Below, piece by piece: positions 21,207 through 31,602 of a stretch of 43,307 bases of DNA. Where the stretch lies: NCBI GenBank assembly GCA_030167865.1, contig JALAGF010000535.1, positions 1-43,307 of the forward strand, in the 5' to 3' direction. Made by a program: the position numbers and the translations under genes. The DNA comes from Craspedostauros australis. Lineage: Eukaryota. The notes beneath the pieces are model-generated. The model had not been told where the DNA came from, did no database searches, and saw only the letters and a program-made list of their open reading frames with translations. How positions within the stretch are numbered: position 1 is the stretch's first letter; each line of letters begins with the position of its first letter.

Positions 21207-22808
21207 TTAGAGCTCCGACGCGGTGGATTCGTCCGCGGATGACGATTCCAAATCCATTGCCAGCTTCACGAGGCCACGCAACGCCAGATTGACGTGAAGC
21301 TCGACACCTCGATGCATGACAGACTCGTCCAACGCGAAGTTGGGATGGTGGAGGCCGTAGTTGGTCGGCGGATCCATGCCGCTGCCTTGGCCCAGCAGGA
21401 AGAAGGTCGACGGGATGGACTCGGCGACGAATGAGAAATCCTCCGCGCCCATCGTGGGTTCGATATCCGTGAGCTGACCATCTTCGGCCACCAAGGCGCC
21501 GACGGATTTGGAGAAGTCGTCGAACAGTTGCGGGTCGTTGATGGTGGGCGGGTAGAAATCGGGCGAGTACGTGATGGTGACGTTGCAACCATGCACCGCG
21601 GCCTGGGTGTGCACGACGTGATGCACCTTGTCGCGCAGGGACAGCAAGGTCTCGGTGCTGAGAGCGCGGATGGTGCCGCGCAGCAAGGCGGTGGCCGGGA
21701 TGACGTTGAAGGCCGATCCGGCCTGGAAGGCCGTGATGGAGCACACCCCGCTCTCCAACGGACTCAGCGTTCTCGACACCAACGTCTGCAGGTTCATGAC
21801 CATGGACGACGCCGCGACGACCGGATCGACGGTCAAATGGGGCATGGCGGCGTGGCCGCCCACACCCGTCACTACGATCTCGAATCGTTCGCACGCCGCG
21901 AGGATCGGTCCCGGCCGCGATGCGATGACGCCCGATGGAATCGTCGGCCACACGTGCAAACCGAATCCCAGCTGCGGACGCGGCGGCGTCTCGAGCACGC
22001 CCTCCTCGCGCATGCGCTTGGCACCGGCCCCGCCTTCTTCGGCGGGTTGGAACATGATGCGGATCGTTCCGTTGATGGTGGATTCCATCTCCTTCAGCAA
22101 CACGGCCGCGCCCAGCAGCATCGTGGTGTGTCCGTCGTGTCCGCAGGCGTGCATCTCGCCCTTGTTGGCGGACTTGAAGGAGTCGATGTGCTGCGTCTTT
22201 TCCAAGATGGGCAGCGCGTCCATGTCGGCACGCAGCAAGACGCAGGGCGGCTGGCCCGTTCCGATGTCGGCGACGACGCCGTACCCGCCCTTGCCAGGGA
22301 TGATGTCGGGGACCGTGTTGACGGCCCAGCCCGTGGTGTGGGCGATGCCCTGCTGCGTCAACACCTCCTGCACGAACAATGAGGTGTGCTCTTCATTGTA
22401 CATGACTTCCGGGTGCTTGTGCAAGGACCTGCGCGTTGCGACGAGGAACTCGTTGAGCTGCTGTGCTCGCTCGCGGATCGTTGTCCTCAATGCGTCGTCC
22501 TCGTCCTTGTGGGTCTCAAAGAAGGTCCGGATGATGCTGTTGTCGATCTCTCCACCTGCGGCGTTCTTGTCGCCATTGGCGGTGGCCGGTTGGATCTGGA
22601 TCTTCGATCCATTGCTGGGGGCATCCTTCGCTTTGCCACCATCATTGCCACCTTCGTCATCCTCGGAGCTGTGCTTGCCTCGCGTTCGAAATGGAAGCGC
22701 CGCAACAGGATTGTGGAGACAGCAGCCGCACCATAGCGCCACGATGAAGACGAGGTGGCGGATGCGCAACAACGGGAACGACGACGGCGACGATGATCTT
22801 TGTGCCAT
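21207..22808 (-). CDS. Peptidase M20D amidohydrolase, ILR1/IAA-amino acid hydrolase-like, ~533 aa, intronless, with N-terminal signal peptide
   Basis: RRSLHKHPE, LLRADMDALP, MHACGHDGHTTMLLGAA, FQPAEEGGAGA, GGHAAMPH, MGAEDFSF, LHHPNF. Hydrophobic N-terminal stretch LVFIVALWCGCCL...VAA. Confidence 0.95.
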   Translation of the reverse strand: MAQRSSSPSSFPLLRIRHLVFIVALWCGCCLHNPVAALPFRTRGKHSSEDDEGGNDGGKAKDAPSNGSKIQIQPATANGDKNAAGGEIDNSIIRTFFETHKDEDDALRTTIRERAQQLNEFLVATRRSLHKHPEVMYNEEHTSLFVQEVLTQQGIAHTTGWAVNTVPDIIPGKGGYGVVADIGTGQPPCVLLRADMDALPILEKTQHIDSFKSANKGEMHACGHDGHTTMLLGAAVLLKEMESTINGTIRIMFQPAEEGGAGAKRMREEGVLETPPRPQLGFGLHVWPTIPSGVIASRPGPILAACERFEIVVTGVGGHAAMPHLTVDPVVAASSMVMNLQTLVSRTLSPLESGVCSITAFQAGSAFNVIPATALLRGTIRALSTETLLSLRDKVHHVVHTQAAVHGCNVTITYSPDFYPPTINDPQLFDDFSKSVGALVAEDGQLTDIEPTMGAEDFSFVAESIPSTFFLLGQGSGMDPPTNYGLHHPNFALDESVMHRGVELHVNLALRGLVKLAMDLESSSADESTASEL

Positions 22809-25298
22809 GGTGATTGTGCTCACGGTATTGCTGATCTCAGTCGGGACGTAGTATAATATTATTATAATGGAATATGATATGTAGCGAGTGTGAGAATGTC
22901 AGAGTGCCGATGTGATACTTCTGTGTTCTTGCGAGAGTTACGACTACGATCAACGCAGTGGATGTGATGGGTGAGATGGATACGATGGATGCCAGTGCGG
23001 ATACGATTTCGTGAGAAAAGTGCAAGATACGATCTTCTTGTTCTGTTTTAGTGGAGAGTCTGCCCTTCGACGGATCCTGGGCGAATCAGTTCGTTTTGCG
23101 TTGTTGTTTGTGGGATGAAGACCCGATTCAACCCTGAGCAATGGGTAGAGGTCTTGATTGCATTTTGTGGCCACAATTGGTCAACCATGAAGAAAGCGAT
23201 GCTGAGTACGCGTGTGGACGCTTTGACCAAGAGACGCCAATGTTGTCTCCTTGTTCGTAGGAGCGTGAGCTTCACGAGGTCAATCACCAGTCGTACACTG
23301 CCATGGAGAGCGATGCCGCTTCCGAAGGTGATCTGTCAGTCAACTTTATGAGGTGACGTCATGGAGCACCATAGTCGTGATACGATCAACCATAACGCAG
23401 ACAACTGGTGCAAGATCAACCATCATTGCGTTGATGTTCAGTTTGGCAGAAATCAAACAGAAATAAGGTAAAACGAGACTACAAAAAATACAAAGATATG
23501 GATGAAAATTCCCAAGTCCTGCCTTTTCAAACACTGTCATCAATTTGCTCGTCAAGATCATTCAACACAATTTTATGTCCTTTTTCGCTAATTTTCATAT
23601 GAAAATGTCGATCTGAATAGCATATATTGCGTCTGCCTGTCACCCATAATAGTACATCCAAAATATGACAACTGCTGATGAAGAACTCCAAGATAAGACC
23701 TGGCCCTTCGCCATCTGTTTTGCCACCAACCTACCGATGCTCTACTCTGGAGCTTTCTCACCAAAACATGATGCATGTGCAAATGATGCGATACTCGTAC
23801 GTCAGGATCCATTGAGAAAGAGGCACCTCGCTGTGCTTGGTGTCGCATCCGATCCCATTGTCAGAGAACGTCGTCTCGTTGGACTTTTCGCTCCCCTCCG
23901 AAATGCAGTGTATGCAATCTTAGAATACCATAGTAGTACAAATTGAGCCGTTGCGTAAACATGCCACACCTGCGTGTGTATGGCTTACGAGGACGCGCAT
24001 GCAAAGCTCGTACTGTGTCGGTGCCCATGACCATGGCCCTGTTTTGTTTTTATGCCCACGTTCAAGAGGATGATACTTTCGTGTTCAATCGCCGCCACCC
24101 GTTCCCGAACGATCTGCTTGGATTCCGTCTCTGCTCGGAAACTGGAACATAGTTTCAGGGACACAGGCATGCGGCGATGCCAACACGTGCAAACATGTGC
24201 GGATGCAACTGCGCGAGCATGCACGTGCACAGACAGGATCATCAATAGTCGTTGGGGATGGAAATGTGTGTGTGGGGAGATCACGACGGAGTCACGGGCA
24301 GCAAGGTCCCGATTGACAAAGTATTAAGCGCGTAAAAAGCTTGTGTTCCGTTGAACCAAATAACCGAAATGTGTGCGTCATGATACTTCGGAGAAACGTC
24401 TTTGTCTCAGCATGACATCCATGAAGGAGAGCTTCGTGATCGGTTGGAAGATCACATAACAACTGCGACGCGGCAGTCATGAAGGCAATATCCCAAACAC
24501 AGATCAAAGGAACCGAATCCAACAACACACATGCTCACACATTTCTGCTCCAATAACCAAGCAAACGAGAGCCTCTCTTTTATCACTTGCTTCACGATTT
24601 GCGTCATGATGATGTTTCCGCCGCGACACAATCCTCCAATCTTCGGTCTGTTTGGTGGATCAGTTCGGTTGTGTTCCGTCTCTGTCTCTGTCCGGAGAGT
24701 GCTGTTCGTGGTGCGGCCACCCAGAGAGCACATCTTGGACACGAAAGTGCGTACGGCCGAAGAGTCACTCGCCACGAACGGCGATCCTCGTCGTTCCCGA
24801 TGCAACTTTGGATGTTATTGCACAGGGGGGCGGAATCGCGTATGTGTCATCCATCCGTCTCTCCCTCTTTGCAGTGTGTTTGCGGCTGTCAACACTGCCG
24901 CGCCACCACGCCGCCGTTGCCACCAATGCCGATGACAGCGCTCGGAGAACTCCAGGGTGCACCAACGCCCACGTACATGAGTTCAAACAGAAAATGAGCA
25001 TCAACGTTGGACTCAAAGAGCGACCATGGATGCGAGCTGTCGCATTCAACATCAACCATCCAAATTTGTCTTCGCATCCCATGGCCCATGCCATGCAGCG
25101 CAAGAGTGCTCACTCCTATTTGGTATCTGGACCACAGAAAGAAGTCGGAAAGCACGAAGGTCAACACATGACGCAATTCTGCTCCATCGACATCACATAA
25201 AATCGAAGCATCTCAAGTTCAGCCACAAAGTCAACCATCCTCACCAACGACAACTTCATCACCACTGCTGCAGCCACAGCCACGACTTCAACACCAAC

Positions 25299-27062
25299 AT
25301 GAGGATCCTTCGACGACGCAACAACGAACCCGTGCAAATGGCCAAGCTCGGCCCAATGCCGGCACCCGCATCCGACGCAACAACCGCATCACCACCACCA
25401 CCATCATCGTCATCGTCATCGTCACCATCATCGTCACCATCATCGTCATCATCCCATTCCGATCCCATCTGCCCCAAGATGACGGAGTCCACCCAATACC
25501 TCCTGCAGACCTGCCTGCGAGATGATTGGTTCGCGCTCAAACGCATCTGCAGGGCCCTGATCAAGCAGTGCACGAGCGAGATGCGCGCCACCATCCATGA
25601 TCAGATCCTCTGCGCCGATCCATGGGGCAACAGCCCGCTGCATGTCGCGTGCCAGAACAAGCCACCGGTGGACGCCATCTACGCCCTTCTCGACCTGGCC
25701 CTCCACACCGACACCATCCACGTCCTCACGGAGCGCAACCACAGAGGACAGACGCCCTTGCATGTCGCATGCTCCAGCGATGCCTCACCCGAGCTCCTGA
25801 AGCTGTTGCTGCATCCCAGATACAAAGGCGAGCAGGCGATCTTCGTTCCGGACCGCGATTGCGTCACCGTCTTCCAAGTTCTGGTGCAGGAATACCACCT
25901 GGCCATGCACCTTCCCAGTGTGCGAGGGCAAAATCCGGCTGTTGAAGATTTCAACACAACGACCGTGCCCAGCCGCAAGCAGCGGCGCCACTACCGCATC
26001 CACGGATTCACCACCAACAACGACGAGAACACCGATCTTCACAACGGTGATGGCGATGATCATGCGGATGACACCTCCTTCACCACGAGCTTGAGCTCGA
26101 GCTCGAGCATCAGCAATAACTTCAGCGACCATGGCGGCGACGATGATGCGAGTAGCACTGGCATAGCCCACGATGAACAGGACGCCAGCATCGTGAACAT
26201 GCCGCACAACGACGTCGTCCAAAATGATGATCATGCGAACGCGAATGAGCATCCAAAACACGCGTGCATCATGCTGTGGAATTGCATCGACACCCTCCTC
26301 GATGCGGCATGGCAGAGCATCACCAAACTCGATTGCATCATCCAAAGCCATAACGACGAGTGGTACCTCATGGGCCAGAGCGAACGACCGACTTCGCTGC
26401 ATGCGGCCGCCGTGTGCGCCGCCGTGATCCCGACGCAGCTCACGGATGCGATGCTGAGAATGTACGCCGACAACATCGACGATCGCGGATGCGGCGTCAC
26501 ACAACAAGAGCTGCTCACGATGACACCGCTCGATGTGCTGACGCTCACAGCCCCGGCCTTCCACGACTTTTCCAATCTGTACAAAGGACGCAGCAAGAGA
26601 GACACCAGCGTCCCGCCGAGAAGCCGACGAGCCATTCACGCGGCGTGCATCAGCACGATGAAGAAGAATCACGCGCACTTCGTCTCCCAGCTCCTGCGCA
26701 GCAGCGCAACTGCCACAACATCGCCCATCCGAGATGCCGAATGCATCCAATCGTTGCAGTTCTTCGAGGCCCTCGCATCCGGTCATACATGGGAGGAAAC
26801 CTTGCGGGAGATGTTCCAAAGCGCCGACAACGCATGCGACATCCTGTTGCAGCGAGAATCCGTGAGTCAATTATGTGCCTTCCAGCTCGCCGCAATTCCG
26901 CCACCACCCTGCAATGGTTCGTCACCACGCGCCGGCATGCGCAAAGGTCAGAAGCCGTCGGTCCGATTGATGGAATGCTTCCAGGAAGGCACCGAGCTGG
27001 ATCAGGTGGATACCATCTACAACCTCCTTCTGGAATGTCCGCACGCTGTGTCGATGGCGTAA
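25299..27062 (+). CDS. Ankyrin-repeat protein of a diatom-type family, ~587 aa; ORF is open from 25026 and the start is uncertain
   Basis: DPWGNSPLHVACQN and HRGQTPLHVACSSDASPELLKLLL ankyrin motifs. C-terminal AFQLAA...VDTIYNLLLECP resembles a motif I recall from diatom ankyrin proteins. Confidence 0.85.
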   Translation: MRILRRRNNEPVQMAKLGPMPAPASDATTASPPPPSSSSSSSPSSSPSSSSSHSDPICPKMTESTQYLLQTCLRDDWFALKRICRALIKQCTSEMRATIHDQILCADPWGNSPLHVACQNKPPVDAIYALLDLALHTDTIHVLTERNHRGQTPLHVACSSDASPELLKLLLHPRYKGEQAIFVPDRDCVTVFQVLVQEYHLAMHLPSVRGQNPAVEDFNTTTVPSRKQRRHYRIHGFTTNNDENTDLHNGDGDDHADDTSFTTSLSSSSSISNNFSDHGGDDDASSTGIAHDEQDASIVNMPHNDVVQNDDHANANEHPKHACIMLWNCIDTLLDAAWQSITKLDCIIQSHNDEWYLMGQSERPTSLHAAAVCAAVIPTQLTDAMLRMYADNIDDRGCGVTQQELLTMTPLDVLTLTAPAFHDFSNLYKGRSKRDTSVPPRSRRAIHAACISTMKKNHAHFVSQLLRSSATATTSPIRDAECIQSLQFFEALASGHTWEETLREMFQSADNACDILLQRESVSQLCAFQLAAIPPPPCNGSSPRAGMRKGQKPSVRLMECFQEGTELDQVDTIYNLLLECPHAVSMA

Positions 27063-27475
27063 GAGTGGAATCGTGTCGGTCGAGTAGAGTCAATGCAAAT
27101 GCTCTCATTTTTTAACATTGACGAGACTGTAAATAAATGAGTTGCACCAGACCAGACTATTTTACGAGTGCAGAAGAATGAACGTGACTGATGGAAACTG
27201 ATTGGAGTCTATTGGATGATGGTAGATTAGTTGTAGTTGCAGTAGTGGTGGCAAAGGAGCGTCCCTCGAAACGGAACTTGGGCGCTGATGAAAAAACCGG
27301 GGCAGACGCAATTTCGTCGCCGTCATTGGCCAAGGATGCCAGTGTATTACTAGACATCATATTGTATTCCATGATATAACATGATACAATGCCCGTATTT
27401 GAACACGTGTGTAGTTCAGCGCTGTGATGAGATGAATGAAAATGGCAGAGACCGGCACAGGCAGCCTGCACTTCT

Positions 27476-28852
27476 TCATGCACCCTTCGCCCACGTTCGA
27501 CGTGGTATTCTGGGTGCGGTGTCCATGGTGGTGGCGTTGTTGTTGCTGGTGCTGCCAGCTCGCGTCGTGACGAACTTGGCAGCTGATGATGTTGCAGCCG
27601 CACCGTCCGTACCATGCGACGGCAGGGTATCACGCCGCCCCATGGCTTCGACCGTCTTGGCATCCCACACGCCCATCTTGTAGGCCTCCATACGGCACGT
27701 GCGGTTCTTGGCAATGTAGGCCTTGGCGATGCGCTGCGCCATGCCAGACATGGCCATGCCGACATCGTGCTCATACCGCATCTGATCCTGCACGCGAAAG
27801 ACGGCGTCAAAGGCATCGAGCATGAACCTCGTGCGCTTCTGCCCCTGCTTCTTGTACTCGAGTCCGCGGTAGCAGACGTCGTCCTTCTCCAGCCGCCCTT
27901 CGCGCAGCATCTGCACGGTGGCCGTGATGTCGCTGCGTATCTGGTCGTAGTCGTGACGCGTGTACCACAATGAGGCGATCTGGTCGTGCGGCATGTTGCG
28001 CACGTGCGGGATGGGATGCGTCTCGACGTTGTCGAGGCGGAAGCTGACGCACGGCACCGCGAAGGAATGGCCCGAGCCGTTGAAGTCGCTGCACGAGTCG
28101 TCGAGGGAGCCTGAGCTCCAGCGGTCGTTGGAGCGGCGCAGACAGGACAGCAGAACGCGGCGGCTGCTGCTGCTCGTGCTGTTGTTGTTGATCGTGGTGG
28201 CGTCGGACAGGCTCGTGCCGGTCGAGGAGAGGGAGGCCGTGGCGCTGTGGTTGCTGTTGCTGTTGTCCGTGGAGGGGAAGGGTCGGTGGCAGGAGAGGAT
28301 GGTGGGGTGCTGCATCTGGTCGTCGGCCAGGGAGTGCTCCGAGACGCAGAACTCCATGGAGTCTTCCTCCAGGGACAGCCGGCGAAGCCGCTGTTGCTGA
28401 TTCTTGACGGTCAGCGTGGACATGCGGGTGTTGAGCGAGACGACACGCGGGCTGACCAGCTTGTGGCTGTGTCTGTCGAGGGCGTCCTGCGCTGGTTGTC
28501 TGGCGGAGGACGCAGGTTCGGTGGATGGCCCGTCGCCGCACCGCCTCCTCATCTCCACGAGGTTGCGACGTCTCTCGTTGGTGGCCTTGTCAGCGGACCC
28601 GGTCGATCGGATGCTGCCGCAGTCGCTGTCGTTGCTGCTGCGTCGGTGGCTGCGACTGCCTGCCTTCTTGCTCACGCGGGGGTGGTGGCTGCCATTAATC
28701 GTACTGCGGCTGCTGCCGTCTGCGAAGTGCTTGGCTTGGCCTTGCTGCGCCGACGATGGCGAATCGGTGCTCATGGATCGGATCATGATGGAGCCGTTGT
28801 CAGGGGTGGCCTTCTGGATGTGTTGTGGGGAATGGAAGGCTATGTTTGTCAT
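27476..28852 (-). CDS. Uncharacterised diatom-type protein with a VxF...LWY...CxRGLE domain and Ser-rich disordered N-terminus, 458 aa; start uncertain
   Basis: Long ORF with coding-like GC3. Block VSFRLDNVETHPIPHVRNM...LWYTRHDYDQIR...CYRGLE...AVFRVQDQ...IAKAY resembles a family of diatom hypothetical proteins as I recall it. Confidence 0.8.
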   Translation of the reverse strand: MTNIAFHSPQHIQKATPDNGSIMIRSMSTDSPSSAQQGQAKHFADGSSRSTINGSHHPRVSKKAGSRSHRRSSNDSDCGSIRSTGSADKATNERRRNLVEMRRRCGDGPSTEPASSARQPAQDALDRHSHKLVSPRVVSLNTRMSTLTVKNQQQRLRRLSLEEDSMEFCVSEHSLADDQMQHPTILSCHRPFPSTDNSNSNHSATASLSSTGTSLSDATTINNNSTSSSSRRVLLSCLRRSNDRWSSGSLDDSCSDFNGSGHSFAVPCVSFRLDNVETHPIPHVRNMPHDQIASLWYTRHDYDQIRSDITATVQMLREGRLEKDDVCYRGLEYKKQGQKRTRFMLDAFDAVFRVQDQMRYEHDVGMAMSGMAQRIAKAYIAKNRTCRMEAYKMGVWDAKTVEAMGRRDTLPSHGTDGAAATSSAAKFVTTRAGSTSNNNATTMDTAPRIPRRTWAKGA

Positions 28853-28879
28853 CGTTGGTTGATGCTGTTGTATTGCTAC

Positions 28880-28926
28880 TCTACGATCCTCTGCTATCCT
28901 CTGCTACCCTCTACTATCCTCTACTG
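28880..28926. repeat. Imperfect 10-bp tandem repeat, about 5 copies
   Basis: ctctacgatc ctctgctatc ctctgctacc ctctactatc ctctact. Confidence 0.75.
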
Positions 28927-31392
28927 TTCTATTGATGTTCGCAATTGAATGGATGGAACTGATGAGGCACTGATGGGTGGGTTGTTGCCGTGGTTCCTTG
29001 GTTGATGCTGGTTGATGCTGGTGGATGCTGCTCGACGCCTGCTCGGAATTGGATTGTGTGGTATCGGTGGATTGTGGACTCAATCGCGCCGCTTTGGTTC
29101 TCGCAATGGTTCTCGTACTTCTAGGCTTGCTTGGGCTTGGCCTTGCTCTGTGATCTGTTGGCTACTGGCGTTGTGGGCTGTTGGCTTTTGGTTGATCTCT
29201 GGTCCAAGTTCACAGAGGGAAGATGCGACGCGCTGCGATGTTATGACCCATGGCGACGCTGCGTTTTCGGTTCGACACCAACATTGCGAGACGCAGACAA
29301 CGTGGAGCACCTAACAACCAACAACACGCCCAACGCCAGGAACAACAAACTCCATGGGGAAGTTTAGTACGGTTTGGCACCGCAACAGTTGGCATCGCAT
29401 CAATTCAGCAACACGAAACGCAGGGAGAGCACACGCGAGGCAAACCTCCCAGCATTTCCGCGAGGCAGATACTGACGCAAACAAGAAAGAAGCCCAACAA
29501 CAGGGATGCGCGACAACAAAGACCGACAGACCGGAAGGAGGTGTTTCCGGAACTCTCCCTTTGGAATACCACTTTCGCAGGGCGACATATCGGGCGTTGT
29601 CGTAGTCGTTGTTGTTGGTGCCGTCGCGATGGAGAGAGAAAAGGAAGGAAAAGCAACACCAACCGCCCAAACATGCAACTCGAAAGGGTTTCCACACAGT
29701 GTATCTGATGCGGACGGAGATGCTTCCCGCTTGATGGTGCCGAGCCTATCTGCGTGCGCTTTGTTTGAAGATTCCACTTTCTTTTGCCATTTTGTCCGTA
29801 TTCTCCGTATTCTCCGACAGGCCTCCACATCTTGGAATGGATTACACCACAAGGGTGGCTGGGGCACTTTGTCCGATCATCATTTATGCAGAAGACGCAG
29901 AATCTCACAATTCAGCAATGCCCAGACGTTTGCTTCACAATGCTCCTTTGTTAAGGAAAATGTACACATTTAACAAAGACGAAGACCAAGTCGGGCTTCT
30001 TCTTCACCAGCGGCTCACAACATCGTGCAGGTCTGGGCACACAAACGCGATGGCTACTCGTGGTTTGTCCGAACAGCACAATGTTTGTCCCGTGTTTGAT
30101 CACGATGTGCGACTCGCAACCCGTTGACGATTTCGCCCTCGCAGTTCGTCAAAAGCGCGCATTTCTGCTCATATTTTCTGAACTGTGAGACTCGTCGCAA
30201 CAACTATGCGAGCCGCGCACTTAACGGTGTCATACGCATGTCGATCCTCCTTTGCCTGTGATGTTCATGTTGTGGACAGATCGACTCCACTTTACCTCAG
30301 CCCAACGCAAACGTCTAATCGCCACCTTGTCTGACGGTGCCGGCTTGCCATCTCGCCGCGGTAACGCGAGGTGGCGAAGAAGCGGAGCACCTCTCGTCGG
30401 CGCATCAGGATGGCATAGGTAGTACGGCAGAAGCAAGTATAGTAATGGTTTGAACAGAACGGCGTGAGATCAGACAGAACAGAGCAAAGTAGAGTTAGGG
30501 CGCTCTCTCCCTCACTCTCACATTCTCTCTCCGAATATATTAGTAGCGCAGCGAATGTACCTGACCATAGATGTGCAACGCCCTAAGTTCATGTCAGAAA
30601 GAGGCACAAATCTGACAGAGATCGAATCTCTTGGCACTACGTTGGATATATGCAGATTCTTTCAGAAGATTAGAGCGGGCCTGCCTGCGGTTGATCACAA
30701 ACTCCCGCTCTGCTCTGCTCTGGTCCACTGGACTCGACTTTGCTCTGCATTGTCCACATCCGCCGCAAGGGCCCAATGCCATCTTTCTCATGAGTTTCTG
30801 CATTGTTTGTTATCCTTACTCAAATCAACTAAACTCAACTCAACCAAACTCCGTTCTGGAGTTCTCTGCTTCTCGCCATCCTTCACTGATCTACTCGTAC
30901 ATCCAACCCAAGAATTGTGCTCTTTGCAACTTCTGAGTGCTCGTAGTCGTAGGATACGGCTGCCACTATTGCCCATCGCGAGGTTGCAACTTCTCGCGGT
31001 GTAAAGCTGAAATTGGATACTCGTTGGCATGTCAACTGGCTCTGATTCTAACTGAATCCAACCAATTCCAGCCGTTTCTCTTGATAACAGGACTTCTCTC
31101 AGATTGTTCCTGCTGTTTGTGCCCGCACATTGCTACAAGTACGCGTATTGATATGCTGTACATCCTCAAGGGGCGTTCTTGTGCTTGCACGATCATTGTT
31201 CCCCAACTTGTCGCAACCCTCTTGAGATCCCTTGTTGCTTTTGCCGCTGTTGTCCCCCTTCGTTTCTCTCTTTCTGCTTCTGCTCGTGTTTCTTGCATTT
31301 CGTTGTGCTACAATGTTGTTGCCACGAGGCCCCCCTTCTCACGTGTAGAGTACACACCATGGTCAACACGATCACGAGTTCGAGTGCAAGTA

Positions 31393-31432
31393 CAAGCACT
31401 ACCACAAGCACTACCACAAGCACTACCACAAG
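31393..31432. repeat. 12-bp tandem repeat, 3 copies
   Basis: (caagcactacca)x3 followed by caag. Confidence 0.85.
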
Positions 31433-31602
31433 GTACAATTCCTACGTATCATCGAAGAGTAGTCTACGATTATCATCCCCCCTGGTTTGCCCCATCGCGT
31501 TGAGACACGCACACATGTACATCCACACAATGACGCGTGCTAGCTTTCCCCTCACATCTCTCCTCTCACGAGCCATCTTCTTTTCGAGGTCACGCCAAAA
31601 TC

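Noticed and set aside
21528-22851. Long plus-strand ORFs (284 and 407 aa) opposite the M20D gene
   Set aside because: Antisense shadows of a high-GC3 coding sequence; no recognisable motifs.
25785-27115. 361-aa antisense and 251-aa alternative-frame ORFs over the ankyrin gene
   Set aside because: Shadow frames; only the ankyrin frame has domain motifs.
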